The position numbers and the translations under genes are program-made. Of a stretch of DNA of 64,000 bases, positions 1 to 9,391 are shown one piece after another. Origin of the DNA: Sedimentisphaeraceae bacterium JB056 (GTDB lineage: Bacteria; Planctomycetota; Phycisphaerae; Sedimentisphaerales; Sedimentisphaeraceae); assembly GCA_044440125.1 (NCBI GenBank), contig JBITAJ010000015.1, forward strand, positions 256,001-320,000. The letters are read 5' to 3'. Positions within the stretch are counted from its first letter, which is position 1. Every line of letters begins with the position of its first letter. Under the pieces are notes generated by a model. It searched no databases, was not told the DNA's origin, and saw only the letters and a program-made list of their open reading frames with translations.

Positions 1-1320
1 ATACCCAACTGTGACAAGGTTGTTCCTGGTATGCTTATGGCATCTATGCGAGTTAATATCCCTACAGTGTTTGTTTCCGGCGGCCCTATGATGGCCGGTA
101 AGAAAGACGGCAAGCCTGTGGATTTGATCAGTATTTTTGAAGGTGTTGCTCAGCTCAAGCAGGGTACGATCAATGAGGAGCAGCTTGAAGACCTTGAGCA
201 GTGTGCTTGTCCTACAGTTGGAAGCTGTTCGGGCATGTTCACCGCTAACAGCATGAACTGTCTGTGCGAAGTTATCGGCATGGCTCTACCGGGCAACGGA
301 ACTATTCCGGCAGTCGATCCAAAACGTCAGGATCTTTACAAGCAGGCGGCAAAGGCCGTTATGAATCTTATTGATATCGATCTCAAGCCTCTTGATATTG
401 TTCAGGCTAAGTCGGTTGACAATGCCTTTATCATTGATATGGCAATGGGCGGCTCTACCAATACAGTTCTCCATACACTTGCTATAGCCAACGAGGCCGG
501 CATTGAGTATGATCTTGAAAGAATCAACGCAATAAGTCAGAAGTGTCCGAACATATGCAAGGTTTCGCCTTCAAGTTCATGGCATATCGAAGATGTTCAG
601 GCAGCGGGCGGAATCAGTGCTATCATGAAAGAAATCAGCAAGATAGACGGGCTCCTTGACACTACAAGACCTACCGTAACCGGTAAGACTCTTGGTGAAA
701 ATATTGCTGATGCTGATATCAAAGACACAGAATGTATCCATACTCTTGATAATCCATACTCGCAGAAGGGCGGGTTGTCAATTCTTCGTGGAAATCTTGC
801 ACCTAACGGCTGTGTTGTGAAGACTGCCGGTGTTGCAAAGGCAATGCTTGTGCATTCAGGACCAGCAGTTATATTTGAGAGTCAGGAAGAGGCCTGCGAA
901 GGTATTCTTGACGGCAAGGTCAAGGCTGGTGATGTGGTTATTATCCGATATGAAGGTCCAAAGGGCGGCCCTGGTATGCAGGAGATGCTTAGTCCGACAA
1001 GTTACATAATGGGAGCTGGTTTGGGTGAGTCGGTAGCTCTTATTACTGATGGTCGTTTCAGCGGCGGTACTCATGGCGCAAGTATTGGACATGTAAGCCC
1101 TGAAGCGGCAAACGGCGGGCCTATAGCTTTCGTTAAGGAAGGCGATATCATTGATATTGATATTCCTAACAACAGCATAAAAGTTAATATCAGCGATGAA
1201 GAATTCGCAAAGCGTAAAGAAGGCTGGGTTGCTCCAGAGCCTCGTATCAAGAGCGGTTATCTTGCGAAATATGCAGCAATGGCAACCAGTGCTGATACCG
1301 GCGGCGTTCTTAAGTGGTGA
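1..1320 (+). CDS. ilvD: Dihydroxy-acid dehydratase (5'-truncated by window edge)
   Basis: Frame open from base 1 ([11 protein letters not shown]); motifs [47 protein letters not shown]. Confidence 0.97.
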   Translation: MPNCDKVVPGMLMASMRVNIPTVFVSGGPMMAGKKDGKPVDLISIFEGVAQLKQGTINEEQLEDLEQCACPTVGSCSGMFTANSMNCLCEVIGMALPGNGTIPAVDPKRQDLYKQAAKAVMNLIDIDLKPLDIVQAKSVDNAFIIDMAMGGSTNTVLHTLAIANEAGIEYDLERINAISQKCPNICKVSPSSSWHIEDVQAAGGISAIMKEISKIDGLLDTTRPTVTGKTLGENIADADIKDTECIHTLDNPYSQKGGLSILRGNLAPNGCVVKTAGVAKAMLVHSGPAVIFESQEEACEGILDGKVKAGDVVIIRYEGPKGGPGMQEMLSPTSYIMGAGLGESVALITDGRFSGGTHGASIGHVSPEAANGGPIAFVKEGDIIDIDIPNNSIKVNISDEEFAKRKEGWVAPEPRIKSGYLAKYAAMATSADTGGVLKW

Positions 1321-1339
1321 TATACAGGAGCGTAGAATC

Positions 1340-1762
1340 ATGAAACAGCCTTGGTATATAGCCGGTTTGCATTTTGAATGTGTACAGTGCGGCAACTGCT
1401 GCAGCGGCCCTGAAGAGGGCTATATCTGGATCTCTGAAAGAGAGATCGAAATGGCAGCAGATGAGCTTGGCATGAGCAAGGAGCAGTTTGCTCAACAGTA
1501 TACAAAAGTTGAATGCGGCGATGTTACGCTTGTTGAAGAAAAGACAACGAAAGATTGTATCTTTCTGTCAAATAAATGTTGTGGTATTTATAAGGTACGG
1601 CCTAATCAGTGCCGTACCTGGCCATTTTGGGATATGAATCTTGAGAGTCCTGAAGATTGGGGCTGGGCCTCTTCAAGGTGTCCGGGGATCAATAGGGGGC
1701 GTCTGTACACATATCAGGAAATAGAGGAAATCAGAACATGCAGGAAGTGGTGGAATGACTGA
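1340..1762 (+). CDS. YkgJ-family (CxxCxxCC) cysteine-cluster protein
   Basis: FECVQCGNCC...CIFL...CGIYKVRPNQCRTWPFW; ATG at 1340 preceded by AGGAG. Confidence 0.85.
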   Translation: MKQPWYIAGLHFECVQCGNCCSGPEEGYIWISEREIEMAADELGMSKEQFAQQYTKVECGDVTLVEEKTTKDCIFLSNKCCGIYKVRPNQCRTWPFWDMNLESPEDWGWASSRCPGINRGRLYTYQEIEEIRTCRKWWND

Positions 1763-2174
1763 TAAGAAAAGAGTTATCGAAGAAGTTGAGGAAGTCTACA
1801 AGGCTATTGATCAGAGAATGAAAAACGCATTGCCTGATAATATATATTGCAAGACTTGCGGTTGCTGCTGTGATTTTAAGACATACGGACACAGGCTGTA
1901 TGTAACTACTCCCGAGATACTGTATTTTAATCATTTTGTTCCGGTTAAAAAGAAAATGGAAGATGGAGTGTGTCCTTACAGGACGGATGAAAATCATTGT
2001 GAAATTCATCCTTACCGGTTCTCCGGCTGTAGGATTTATCTTTGCGATGCTGACAAGGAACTGCAGTCAGAGTTGAGTGAATTTGCAATATCAAGATTCA
2101 GGCAGATATGCGAGAAGCACGATATCGAGTATCGTTATACCGATCTTGCCAAGGCTCTTGAACTTGTTGAATAA
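1755..2174 (+). CDS. YkgJ-family (CxxCxxCC) cysteine-cluster protein
   Basis: CKTCGCCC...CPY...CEIHPYRFSGCRIYLC; overlaps upstream gene by 8 nt. Confidence 0.75.
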   Translation: MTDKKRVIEEVEEVYKAIDQRMKNALPDNIYCKTCGCCCDFKTYGHRLYVTTPEILYFNHFVPVKKKMEDGVCPYRTDENHCEIHPYRFSGCRIYLCDADKELQSELSEFAISRFRQICEKHDIEYRYTDLAKALELVE

Positions 2175-2198
2175 ATACGTGAAAGGAAATTCGAGCAA

Positions 2199-3503
2199 AT
2201 GTCTTCGAATATAGAATCTATAGCGTCAGCGGCCAAGATGGCATCCATTGAGCTTGCCGCGGCAGATACCGAACTTAAAAATAAAGCTCTTGCTAATATT
2301 GCAAAGACTCTGAAGAGCAAGGCTGATGAGATAATCAAGGCAAATCAGGCCGATCTTGATAATGCCGTAAAAGACAATTTGGATAAGCCTCTCCTAAGAA
2401 GGCTTAAGTTTGACCAGGCTAAGATAGACGGCGTGTGCGATGGGATTGAAAGTTTGATAAAGCTGCCCGAGCCGGTTGGTGCGACGCTTGATGCTACACT
2501 TCTCGATGAAGGGTTGGAGCTTTATAAAGTTAGCTGTCCGATTGGCGTAATCGGTGTGATATTTGAGTCACGTCCTGATGCTCTTGTTCAGATATCCACA
2601 TTATGTCTAAAGAGCGGCAATGCTGTGTTGCTTAAAGGTGGATCTGAGGCGATGAATACCAATCGCATTCTTGCCGACCTTATTGCTCAGGCTTGTCGTG
2701 AAGTTGGTTTGCCGGATGGATGGATAGGGCTTCTCGAAACCCGTCAGGATGTCTCGGGGATGCTTGGTCTTGATGAGTATATCGATCTTATCGTTCCAAG
2801 AGGTTCGAATGAATTTGTAAGCTACATCATGAAAAATACAAGCATACCTGTTCTCGGTCATGCTGATGGTATTTGTCATGGCTATATAGATGCGGATGCT
2901 GATATTGACATGGCGGTTCGACTTGCGTTTGATTCAAAATGCCAATACCCTGCGGTATGCAATGCGATGGAGACGCTGCTTGTCCATGAGGATGTAGCGG
3001 ATAAATTTCTGCCAAAGGTAAAGGCTGAGTATGATAAGGCTGATACAAAGCTTTTCGGCTGCGAAAGAACAGCGGCGATAATCGATGTAGAACCAGCGAC
3101 TGAGCAGGACTGGAAGACTGAGTATCTTGATTATATCCTTTCGATAAAGATTGTTGACAGCCTTGCAGAAGCTATTGCCCACATAAACAAATATGGTTCA
3201 GGACATACTGATCTGATAGTAACGGGCAACAAGGAGGCCGCAAAAAAATTCATGGCTCTTGTTGACAGCGGCGATGTTTTCTGGAATGCCAGCACGCGTT
3301 TCAGTGATGGTTTCCGTTATGGGCTTGGTGCCGAAGTTGGAATCAGTACTAACAAAATACATGCGAGAGGACCGGTTGGTCTTGAAGGACTTTTGATATA
3401 TAAGTGGAAGCTTATAGGAAAAGGACAGACCGTTTCAGATTTCTCAGGCGAGGGCGGCAGAAAGTTTACCCATACAAAACTGGATAAAGAATTCAAGCTT
3501 TAG
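2199..3503 (+). CDS. proA: Glutamate-5-semialdehyde dehydrogenase (gamma-glutamyl phosphate reductase)
   Basis: PIGVIGVIFESRPD, KSGNAVLLKGGSEA, CNAMETLLVH, NASTRFSDG, GAEVGIST..HARGPVGLEGL. Confidence 0.97.
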   Translation: MSSNIESIASAAKMASIELAAADTELKNKALANIAKTLKSKADEIIKANQADLDNAVKDNLDKPLLRRLKFDQAKIDGVCDGIESLIKLPEPVGATLDATLLDEGLELYKVSCPIGVIGVIFESRPDALVQISTLCLKSGNAVLLKGGSEAMNTNRILADLIAQACREVGLPDGWIGLLETRQDVSGMLGLDEYIDLIVPRGSNEFVSYIMKNTSIPVLGHADGICHGYIDADADIDMAVRLAFDSKCQYPAVCNAMETLLVHEDVADKFLPKVKAEYDKADTKLFGCERTAAIIDVEPATEQDWKTEYLDYILSIKIVDSLAEAIAHINKYGSGHTDLIVTGNKEAAKKFMALVDSGDVFWNASTRFSDGFRYGLGAEVGISTNKIHARGPVGLEGLLIYKWKLIGKGQTVSDFSGEGGRKFTHTKLDKEFKL

Positions 3504-3520
3504 ATACGGTAATTTTGCCG

Positions 3521-4609
3521 ATGGATAATTTAGCGAAAAATAATAAATTATTCGACAGGGTTGTGTCCATACTTGAGGACGCGAGGGCTAATATTGCGCG
3601 GTCAATTAACGCCAATATGGTAATCGCCTATTGGCTAATCGGCAGAGAGATTGTTGAAGAGATTCAAAATGGCAGCGACAGGGCAGAATATGGTAAGCAG
3701 ATAATTGAAAATCTTTCCAAATATCTAAATGAAAGGTATAAAAAGGGGTTTTCAGTGTCTAATCTGAAATATTTTAGGAGTTTCTATATCGCCTATCCTG
3801 ACAGGTGCGATCAAATTAGCCACCCGACGGGTGGCCAATCTCTAACGTTTTTTAATCCTAAACTCAGTTGGTCGCATTATCGCGCTCTTACACAGGTTAA
3901 AAATAGAAAAGAGCGTGATTTCTACGAAAAAGAGGCTGCCGAATGTGGATGGAGCAAGGCCCAGCTCGAACGGCAGATACAGACATCCTACTACAAAAGG
4001 ATTATCGCAAACAGGGGAGAGGCCGGGATAACCCCAGCAAACAGAGAACGCCTGGAAGGTGAAGAAATCAATCCTGCCGATATGCTTAAATCTCCATATG
4101 TGCTGGAGTTTCTTGGCTTGCCGGATTCGACGCAATTGCATGAAACGCAGCTTGAAGATGCTATTATTACTAATATTCAGTCTTTTCTGCTGGAGCTCGG
4201 TAAAGGCTTTTCTTTTGTGGCGAGACAGAAAAAGATATCGTTTGATGATGATTCCTTCTATATAGATCTGGTATTTTATAATTATATCCTGAAATGTTTC
4301 TTGTTAATCGATCTGAAAATTGGTAAGCTTACTCATAGAGACATAGGCCAGATGGACGGGTATGTCAGGCTGTTTGAGAATGAGTTCAAGGTAGAAGGAG
4401 ATAATCCTACCATTGGACTGATTCTGTGTTCCGACAAAAGTGAGACTGTTGCGAAATATTCAGTCTTAAGTGAAAGTAAAAATCTGTTTGCCGCAAAATA
4501 TCTTGACTTCATGCCGACCGAAAAACAGCTTGAATTAGAGGTCATGCGGGAAAGAAAATTAATAGAGAATAACAATTTAAGAGAGTTAAAAAACAACGAT
4601 GATAGTTGA
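3521..4609 (+). CDS. YhcG/DUF1016 family PD-(D/E)XK nuclease-domain protein
   Basis: YWLIGREIVE, LSWSHY, KSPYVLEFLGL, FLLELGKGFSFVARQ, YIDLVFYN, IDLK, GQMDGY, DNPTIGLILC. Confidence 0.92.
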   Translation: MDNLAKNNKLFDRVVSILEDARANIARSINANMVIAYWLIGREIVEEIQNGSDRAEYGKQIIENLSKYLNERYKKGFSVSNLKYFRSFYIAYPDRCDQISHPTGGQSLTFFNPKLSWSHYRALTQVKNRKERDFYEKEAAECGWSKAQLERQIQTSYYKRIIANRGEAGITPANRERLEGEEINPADMLKSPYVLEFLGLPDSTQLHETQLEDAIITNIQSFLLELGKGFSFVARQKKISFDDDSFYIDLVFYNYILKCFLLIDLKIGKLTHRDIGQMDGYVRLFENEFKVEGDNPTIGLILCSDKSETVAKYSVLSESKNLFAAKYLDFMPTEKQLELEVMRERKLIENNNLRELKNNDDS

Positions 4610-5054
4610 TACAGTAGCGAATGATGTGTTTCCAGAGTTATTGCCCGAGCCGCTCGCTAAGGCAGTTGATATTGCATTCAATCAGGATTTTTCTCAGCTT
4701 GAAGATGGTGAGTACCAGGTTGACGGCGATGACTTGTTTTATATAGTTCAGCGTTACAAGACAAAACCTCAAAGTGAGGGTAAGCTCGAAACGCACAGAA
4801 AATATATCGACCTGCAATTCATGGTCAGCGGCAGCGAAACAATAGGTTATGCACCGTTAAATCAGATGGTTGCCGATATGGATTATGATGAGCAAAGAGA
4901 TGTTATCTTTTTTAAAGAATCTCCGACAATGACCAATATTGTTATGACGCCTGGAATGTATGCCATATTCTATCCGGAAGACGGCCATGCTCCGGGAATG
5001 GTTGCCGGTGAAAGTCAGGATGTTTGCAAAGTAGTATTCAAGATCAAAGTTTGA
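4599..5054 (+). CDS. YhcH/YjgK/YiaL (DUF386) family protein
   Basis: LETHRKYIDLQFMVSGSE, IFYPEDGHAP, KVVFKI. Confidence 0.9.
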   Translation: MIVDTVANDVFPELLPEPLAKAVDIAFNQDFSQLEDGEYQVDGDDLFYIVQRYKTKPQSEGKLETHRKYIDLQFMVSGSETIGYAPLNQMVADMDYDEQRDVIFFKESPTMTNIVMTPGMYAIFYPEDGHAPGMVAGESQDVCKVVFKIKV

Positions 5055-5073
5055 TTTCTAAAACGGAGGAGAA

Positions 5074-6096
5074 TTGTCAAATAGGGATGCTAAAATCGGA
5101 ATCATCTATACAGGTGGTACCATTGGCGGCAGCGGCCTTGATCTGATAGACGGCAAGCTTGATGAGCAGGCCTTTCTGAAGATGCTTGTTGAAAAAGAAG
5201 TCGTCGCAGATACCGATAAAATCGAGTTTCGGTGTCCTCTGGTCAAATTCAGTGAGTGTATGATGCCTTCGGACTGGCCTCTGATTGCCAGAGAAGTTGC
5301 TTCACTCCTGAGTGAGGTTTCCGGTGTTATAGTTCTTCACGGTACTGATACACTTTGCTACACGGCTGCGGCTGTCGCTTTTATGCTGGGTGATGTTCCT
5401 GTTCCGGTTATGTTTACCGGGGCCAATATCCCATTTTCAAGAGAGGGAAGCGATGCTCAAAAGAATATTGTCGACAGCATTTCGGCTGTACGAAGCGGTG
5501 AGTTTTCAGGTGTCTGCATTTGCTTTGCCGGTGAGGTACATTCGGCGGTAAGGACACGCAAGGTGCGAACTTCGGGTAACTCTTATGAAAGTGTTGGATG
5601 TTCTCCGCTTGGTTCAGTTGTTTGGTCAGCTGTGGCGAGCAGCTATGCAGTGAATACTCAAAATGCGGCTTATTATCAGAATGTTAAAAAAGCATCCTCT
5701 TTTTTGATCGATTCCAATGTAAGCTTATATAAGATGTATCCGGGCTTTATGGCTTCATCTGTTTCGAACGACAATTCCAAGGCAATTATCCTGGAACTCT
5801 ATAACGATGGTACTGGCCCGGTAGGGCTTGGAGATTCTTACAGCCTTGATGTTAATATTGCGAAAATAGATAAACCTGTCTTTGCAACATCTCAGCAACT
5901 CTGTTCAGTGGAGCTTGATACCTACGGCAGCTCCGGTGAACTCAGAAAGGCCGGGCTTACGGGCTTGAAAACAATGCTCACAGAGGTTGCGATTGTCAAA
6001 CTTATGTGGCTGCTTGGATGTGGGTTCAAGGGGCAGCAATTGAAGGATAAGATGCTTGAAGATATTCGCGGCGAATTTGGTTTTGATAACGAATAA
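5074..6096 (+). CDS. Asparaginase-family protein (cytoplasmic, type I-like)
   Basis: YTGGTIG and HGTDT catalytic motifs, PVMFTGANIP, SDAQKN; TTG start after GGAGGA. Confidence 0.85.
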   Translation: MSNRDAKIGIIYTGGTIGGSGLDLIDGKLDEQAFLKMLVEKEVVADTDKIEFRCPLVKFSECMMPSDWPLIAREVASLLSEVSGVIVLHGTDTLCYTAAAVAFMLGDVPVPVMFTGANIPFSREGSDAQKNIVDSISAVRSGEFSGVCICFAGEVHSAVRTRKVRTSGNSYESVGCSPLGSVVWSAVASSYAVNTQNAAYYQNVKKASSFLIDSNVSLYKMYPGFMASSVSNDNSKAIILELYNDGTGPVGLGDSYSLDVNIAKIDKPVFATSQQLCSVELDTYGSSGELRKAGLTGLKTMLTEVAIVKLMWLLGCGFKGQQLKDKMLEDIRGEFGFDNE

Positions 6097-6111
6097 TCGT
6101 TCTGGAAATAT

Positions 6112-6969
6112 ATGACACAGACACAATGGACAACAACTAAACTGCTCGACTGGATGGTCGGTTATCTTGATAAGGCCGGCGTTGAATCTGCTCGCTTGCG
6201 TTCTGAGATGATTCTTTCGCATGTGCTTGGTTTGCAGCGTATAATGCTGTATATAAGTACTCCGGTGGCTCCCGATAAGCTCGCGACTCTCAAAGAACTT
6301 GTGCGTGAGGCCGCCAGCCATAAGCCGGTTGAGTATATCATCGGCTATACTACATTTTATTCTATCACGATCAAAGTCAGCAGTGATACGCTCATACCTC
6401 GTCCGGAGACCGAGGACCTTGTGCGATACGCGGTTGATACGCTTAGAGGCAGTGACAGCAAAAAAGTGCTTGATTTGTGCAGCGGCAGCGGATGTATAGC
6501 GGCGGCTGTAGCGAAGAATGTCGCTGATTGTCAGGTTGCGGCTGCCGATATTTCTCAAGGAGCCTTGGAAGTGGCGGCCGAGAATTTCAGGCAGTGCGGT
6601 GTTGAAGACAGGGTAAGGGTCGTTCAGGGCGATTTGTTCGAGCCGCTTGCCGGTGAGCAGTTCGACCTCATCATATCGAATCCTCCGTATGTGACAACAG
6701 GGGAATATGCGGAGCTTGATAAGAATGTGAGGGATTATGAGCCGTCTTTGGCATTATTGGCCGGTGATGACGGTCTGGATTTCTATAAAGAGATAATAAA
6801 ACAATCGCCTGAATATCTGACTGATGGCGGTAAACTGCTTCTGGAAATCGGATACCAGCAGGCTGGCGCCGTGAAGAAGCTTCTTGAAGAAAACGGAAAT
6901 TTCAAAGATATACTGGTGTATAAAGATTTCGCGAATAACGACAGGGTGGTATCAGCGGTTAAGAGTTAA
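6112..6969 (+). CDS. prmC: Release factor glutamine methyltransferase
   Basis: PVEYIIG, LIPRPETE, LDLCSGSGCIA, SNPPY, EPSLALLAGDDGLDFY. Confidence 0.95.
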   Translation: MTQTQWTTTKLLDWMVGYLDKAGVESARLRSEMILSHVLGLQRIMLYISTPVAPDKLATLKELVREAASHKPVEYIIGYTTFYSITIKVSSDTLIPRPETEDLVRYAVDTLRGSDSKKVLDLCSGSGCIAAAVAKNVADCQVAAADISQGALEVAAENFRQCGVEDRVRVVQGDLFEPLAGEQFDLIISNPPYVTTGEYAELDKNVRDYEPSLALLAGDDGLDFYKEIIKQSPEYLTDGGKLLLEIGYQQAGAVKKLLEENGNFKDILVYKDFANNDRVVSAVKS

Positions 6970-6977
6970 AAGAAAGA

Positions 6978-7060
6978 TGCGAGCGAAAGGAGTCGAACCT
7001 TCACATCCTGAGGATACCAGAACCTAAATCTGGCGCGTCTGCCAATTCCGCCACGCTCGC
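6978..7060 (-). tRNA. tRNA-Leu (anticodon TAG)
   Basis: Minus strand GCGAGCGTGGCGGAATTGGCAGACGCGCCAGATTTAGGTTCTGGTATCCTCAGGATGTGAAGGTTCGACTCCTTTCGCTCGCA: acceptor stem, anticodon arm CCAGA-TTTAGGT-TCTGG, long variable arm, GTTCGA T-loop; CCA not encoded. Confidence 0.96.
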
Positions 7061-7077
7061 ATTTGAGTTTTCTTTTA

Positions 7078-7311
7078 TTATTTGCTTTCGTCAGTTTTTG
7101 ACGAAGCTGCAATGGTTTCAAGCTTTTCTTCACATCTTCCGAGTATTTCACGGCAATGTGCTATCAGCTTCATACCTGTCTCGAATTTTGTCAGGCTTTC
7201 TTCCAAAGGCGTTTGCCCTGTTTCGATGCCTCTGACAATTTCTTCAAGGCGGGTTATTGTATCTTCAAAATTCAATTTGTCCAGTTCTATTTCTGATAGT
7301 TTCTCATTCAT
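7078..7311 (-). CDS. xseB: Exodeoxyribonuclease VII small subunit
   Basis: NFEDTITRLEEIVRGIETGQTPLEESLTKFETGMKLIAHCREIL. Confidence 0.92.
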   Translation of the reverse strand: MNEKLSEIELDKLNFEDTITRLEEIVRGIETGQTPLEESLTKFETGMKLIAHCREILGRCEEKLETIAASSKTDESK

Positions 7312-7383
7312 AGCAAAAAAATCCGCATAATTTACAAAAAAGTTTAAATTCAATATTTAATTGAGCCAATATAGCCGCTGTAT

Positions 7384-7926
7384 TTAGTATTCTATACCTT
7401 TTCTTGCGTGAATTCCTTTCTCAAAAGGATGCTTCACGGCTTTGATTTCCGAAACAAGATCAGCCATATCGATCAATGAGCTTTTCGCCTCACGGCCTGT
7501 CATAACGATTTCAACTGCTTTGTCACGGCAGTCTATTATCCTCTTTATATCTTTAGTCGAAGCGAGCGACTGACTGTGACAATAAACCAGCTCATCAAGT
7601 ATTATAACATTATATTCTTTTTTTTCAGCCATTTGGGCTATTTCGGCGAGAGTTTTTTTGACAAGCTCCTTGGTTTCTTTCTTTATGCAGGCATCACTGT
7701 GTGATTTTCTCATATTCCATTCGATGCCAAGAGCTCTTATCTCAATATCAAGACCGCATTTTTCTACGGCCCTTCGCTCACTCAGCTCAAGCGATTCGGG
7801 TTTGAGGAACTGATAGATCAACACCTTGTTGTCATCGCCTGCAGCCCTGAAAGCAAGCCCGAATGCTGCGGTTGTCTTGCCTTTTCCCTCACCAGTATAT
7901 ATCTGTACTAAACCATTCTTAATCAT
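7384..7926 (-). CDS. cobO: Cob(I)yrinic acid a,c-diamide adenosyltransferase (CobO/BtuR family)
   Basis: GLVQIYTGEGKGKTTAAFGLAFRAAG, QFLK, ILDEL, EIVMTGR, KHPFEKGIHARKGIEY. Confidence 0.92.
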   Translation of the reverse strand: MIKNGLVQIYTGEGKGKTTAAFGLAFRAAGDDNKVLIYQFLKPESLELSERRAVEKCGLDIEIRALGIEWNMRKSHSDACIKKETKELVKKTLAEIAQMAEKKEYNVIILDELVYCHSQSLASTKDIKRIIDCRDKAVEIVMTGREAKSSLIDMADLVSEIKAVKHPFEKGIHARKGIEY

Positions 7927-9309
7927 TTATCTTGTGTCTTCCCTGCATATATTCTGGACAGTGTCTCTAAAGATGTCGCCTCTTTGCTGGAAGTTGTCAA
8001 ACATATCGTAGCTTGCGCATGCCGGTGACATAAGGACGACATCACCGTTTTCACTGAGTTCATTTGCCTTGTTTATTGCTCCGATGAACGTATCTTCTTT
8101 GTATATATCGCATTTGCCGTTGCCGTTTTTTATAGCTTCGGCTATTTTGTCAGCGGTTACACCTATAAGTATCGCTGCCTTGGCTTTTCGTGCGGCAGTA
8201 ATTCCCATTTCATCAAAGGGCAGTTTTTTGTCGTATCCGCCGGCAATAAGTATGACTGGCTCCTCGAATGCCTCAAGGCCGACTATGGTGCTTGGAGGTG
8301 TTGTAGAGATCGAATCATTATACCATTTTACGCCATTGGCCTGAGCTACAAATTCCAGTCTGTGCGGCAGTCCCTTAAAGCTCTTTACAGCTTGTGCTAT
8401 TGTTTCAGTTTCAACCCCGTAAGTCTTTGATATTGCCATTGCCGCCGCGAGATTGCTCAAATTAGCTTCTCCGGGAAGTGGAAATCCTTTCTTGACATTT
8501 TCAGGAACATCACCTGCATGAAACTTTATACATTGACGGTTGTTCTCTGAGTTGTATTTTTCAAACCATCCGCTTGTTATTTCATCTTCACCATTAAATA
8601 TTGATACGGCAGGTTTGCCGCCATCAATATTCTGGTATGAGAAGAGGCTCTCTTTTGCCTGACAATAAGCTTCAAATGTACCGTGCCTATCGAGGTGGTT
8701 GGGCGTCAAGTTGGTTATCGCCGCGGTTTCCGGTGCCAGATTTTCTGCAGCAAGCTGTTCGGCCTGAAAACTTGAAATTTCCAATACAACAAGATCTTCA
8801 GGTTTTACTGAGCCCAGTTCTGTCAGCAGTGGCATATTCCCTATATTGCCGCCAAGCCATACTTTGCCAAATTTAACGTCCGCATTTTTCGATGCAAAAT
8901 CCAGAAGGTGCCATGTCAGCTTTGTTGTGGTGCTTTTGCCGTTGGCTCCTGTTATCCCGATGATCTCTGCGGCGCAGTTATCCATAAATATAGCTATCTG
9001 GGATGTTATTGCGACACCGTTTTGGCGTGCTTTTTCGAGAAAAGGGTTGTCGGGGCGTACTGCTGGGTTGGCTATTATGATGTCAGAATCGGTAAAGTCC
9101 GTCTCTTCGTGTCTGCCGAGTCTGAACTCAATATTTGTGATTCCCCTAAGCTCATTTACGGCATCGATCAGCTTTTTTTCATCCGCCATATCAGTGACGA
9201 TAACCTTTTGGGCTATTGAAGATGCGAACTTAGCACAGTCGAGGCCGCCGCCGAATTTGCCTAATCCCATTATAAGGATATTTTTACCTTTAAGCTTTTC
9301 TAATTTCAT
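7927..9309 (-). CDS. murD: UDP-N-acetylmuramoyl-L-alanine--D-glutamate ligase
   Basis: GITGANGKSTTT, GGNIG, VLEISSFQ, NLTPNHLDRH, LPHRLE, YNDS, SPACASYDMF. Confidence 0.95.
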   Translation of the reverse strand: MKLEKLKGKNILIMGLGKFGGGLDCAKFASSIAQKVIVTDMADEKKLIDAVNELRGITNIEFRLGRHEETDFTDSDIIIANPAVRPDNPFLEKARQNGVAITSQIAIFMDNCAAEIIGITGANGKSTTTKLTWHLLDFASKNADVKFGKVWLGGNIGNMPLLTELGSVKPEDLVVLEISSFQAEQLAAENLAPETAAITNLTPNHLDRHGTFEAYCQAKESLFSYQNIDGGKPAVSIFNGEDEITSGWFEKYNSENNRQCIKFHAGDVPENVKKGFPLPGEANLSNLAAAMAISKTYGVETETIAQAVKSFKGLPHRLEFVAQANGVKWYNDSISTTPPSTIVGLEAFEEPVILIAGGYDKKLPFDEMGITAARKAKAAILIGVTADKIAEAIKNGNGKCDIYKEDTFIGAINKANELSENGDVVLMSPACASYDMFDNFQQRGDIFRDTVQNICREDTR

Positions 9310-9320
9310 ATTGCTCTGCC

Positions 9321-9360
9321 ATAAAATACAGCCGATAACGCTTTAACGCTACCGGCTGTA
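9321..9360 (-). terminator. Probable intrinsic terminator after pyrF
   Basis: Minus strand TACAGCCGGTAGCG-loop-CGTTATCGGCTGTA (8 Watson-Crick pairs extended by G-U pairs) followed by TTTTAT. Confidence 0.55.
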
Positions 9361-9391
9361 ATATTATTTCCAATGTGAGGTAATCGCGTGA

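Noticed and set aside
5905..6558. Antisense ORF of 217 aa, and similar ORFs at 41740-42411 and 856-1395
   Set aside because: They are shadows of prmC/asparaginase, GH20 and ilvD respectively, with no independent coding evidence.
6978..7060. ORF 6966-7151 (-) and ORF 47673-47858 (-)
   Set aside because: Both overlap tRNA genes and are shadow translations.
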